Assembly: GCF_037042905.1 (NCBI RefSeq)
Contig: NC_087251.1
Coordinates: forward strand, 21,826,001-21,890,000
Length of the DNA: 64,000 nt
Direction: 5' to 3'
Origin: Lytechinus pictus
Taxonomy: Eukaryota
Below are positions 62,686 to 64,000 of the stretch, piece by piece. Each line of letters starts with the position of its first letter. Positions within the stretch are counted from its first letter, which is position 1. A program made the translations under genes and the position numbers. Below the pieces are notes generated by a model that did no database searches, was not told where the DNA came from, and saw only the letters and a program-made list of their open reading frames with translations.

Positions 62686-63156
62686 CTTGAGAGTGACCTT
62701 GACATTTGCATGATTTTCAGCTCACATCCTAGGGCTCTTCAGCATTCATGAGATGAAGATTGTAAATGCTGTTTGTAGATTGCATTAGTCCGACCCGCCT
62801 CACTTACGCTGCCAGTGACACAAATAAGGTTTGTTCTGCATAATGTAAAAGTGGTAATTTCTTTTAAGTTTGAACTATTGGCTTTTGAAGGTAAGAAAAA
62901 AAAAGAAACATAGTAAATAATATTGTTTATCAATATTAGCCCAGACTTATGGATTAGTCTTTGTGTTGGGAGAAGCCACTCATTTATATCAATGTAAAGC
63001 AAATAAATGGCATATGTTGACAGTATGCACGATTGGTGTTTCTGCTCATACTCATAAATAATTCATGCTCTTTTTGTTTTGCCAGAAAACACTCATTCTG
63101 TTTTGTTGGTAGGCAAGTTTGCTCTTAATCACTCTTCAGAATGGGAAATAACTTTA

Positions 63157-63436
63157 AGGCCTGGTTCCACTGGCCGACAGACACAAAACGTATTCATAAC
63201 AGATACAGCGGACAAGCAAAATTTCAGGATGGCTCTATCCGTTTTCATCCACTCTAGACAATGGACAAAACGGGCGAACAATGAAATCTCAGTGGACGGA
63301 TGCTTGATGGCTATAGAGTGTATGAAACACGTATGCAAAGAGTACACAACGGAAACATAACGTTTTCCAGCGGATGGCAAGATTTCTTTCCGTTTTACAT
63401 CCTCTCTGCATCTGTAAGTGCAGTGGGACCAAGCCT
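63157..63436. mobile_element. PIF/Harbinger-type MITE (280 bp) with TTA TSD
   Basis: TIRs AGGCCTGGTTCCACTG / CAGTGGGACCAAGCCT; TTA at 63154-63156 and 63437-63439; internal ACGGA/TCCGT repeats. Confidence 0.85.
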
Positions 63437-63583
63437 TTACCTTCATCCCATATCCTTGCTGAAATTCTACTTACATGTAACAATTGGGAGTGGATTATAT
63501 GGACAAAGTCGTGATTTCAATATAATGATAATTGTACATTTATGTTGCAGAATTTCTATATGTATATACTCAACTGCGCATTA

Positions 63584-63749
63584 CAATAATATTATTATTA
63601 CCCTGGCTATAGCCGTATTATCTACAGGCGCTCTGGCATTCGAGGATTTGTTTCCTACTGGGTACCCATTCACCTCACCTGGGTTGAGTGCAACACAATG
63701 TGGGTGAATTTCTTGCTGAAGGAAAACATGCGATGGCTGGGGAATCATA
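63584..63749 (-). mobile_element. 5'-truncated tRNA-derived SINE with an (AAT)n tail
   Basis: Minus strand: B-box remnant GATTCCC, core TCCTTCAGCAAGAAATTCACCCACATTGTG..GCACTCAACCCAGGTGAGGTGAATGGGTACC, and tail CCAGGGTAATAATAAT. Recalled as a common sea urchin SINE2 core. Confidence 0.7.
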
Positions 63750-64000
63750 TTTAATGTCTCGTATTTCTTTGACTTTGTACACAAAATGTTGCAAACCTTT
63801 GTTGCTCTATTATTGACAATATATTAACACTCTTATCAAGTGTTGGTAGCAAAAAATGTTGATCTGAATCTGATGAAATATAGTGCCATACTGTCTGCCT
63901 TGAATACCAGTGCATGATCATTTCACTCATGATTTCTGGTAAATTGTAACATTTTTCCTGAAATTCAAGTGATTTCTTACCAACATGTCAGTGGGCATGT

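Noticed and set aside
63300..63707. Longest ORF in the track (135 aa)
   Set aside because: It runs across a MITE end, unique spacer and an antisense SINE, so it is a chance read-through.
477..63784. All ORF-track entries other than 9175-9489
   Set aside because: They are short (60-135 aa), often start at non-ATG codons, are rich in residues from AT-rich or low-complexity DNA, show no recognisable motif, and many lie in repeats.
9500..64000. A second EH paralogue or receptor exon in the window
   Set aside because: I found no further signal-peptide or six-cysteine ORF and no guanylyl-cyclase-like segment. Exons below the ORF-track cutoff could have been missed.

Overview
AT-rich, CpG-poor animal genomic DNA, almost certainly from a sea urchin. 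This is inferred from the one recognisable protein and the repeat families; a Lytechinus-like species is a guess. The only credible protein-coding sequence is a single-coding-exon, 104-aa neuropeptide precursor on the minus strand (9489->9175). It has a signal peptide, an acidic propeptide, a KR cleavage site, a 52-aa six-cysteine peptide and a C-terminal G-R-K amidation signal. Its cysteine spacing is that of the eclosion hormone (EH) family, and from memory it closely resembles the Strongylocentrotus purpuratus precursor Spnp11. A splice acceptor abuts its ATG. The best candidate non-coding first exon and promoter lie about 36 kb away (45501-45860), so most of the window is probably one large first intron with candidate enhancers. 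The probable ~2.5 kb 3' UTR contains a ~290-nt fold-back and two abutting MITEs. Bases 1-~3600 look like the 3' UTR of a convergent plus-strand neighbour. The rest is a patchwork of non-autonomous DNA transposons (PIF/Harbinger, hAT, Tc1/mariner-like fold-back, EnSpm-, Kolobok- and Academ-like), SINEs including a Deu/Nin-domain SINE, an RTE LINE tail and a young 3 x ~225-bp tandem repeat. All other ORFs in the track look like chance ORFs. No searches could be run, so family names rest on recalled terminal motifs and target-site duplications (TSDs) read in the sequence.
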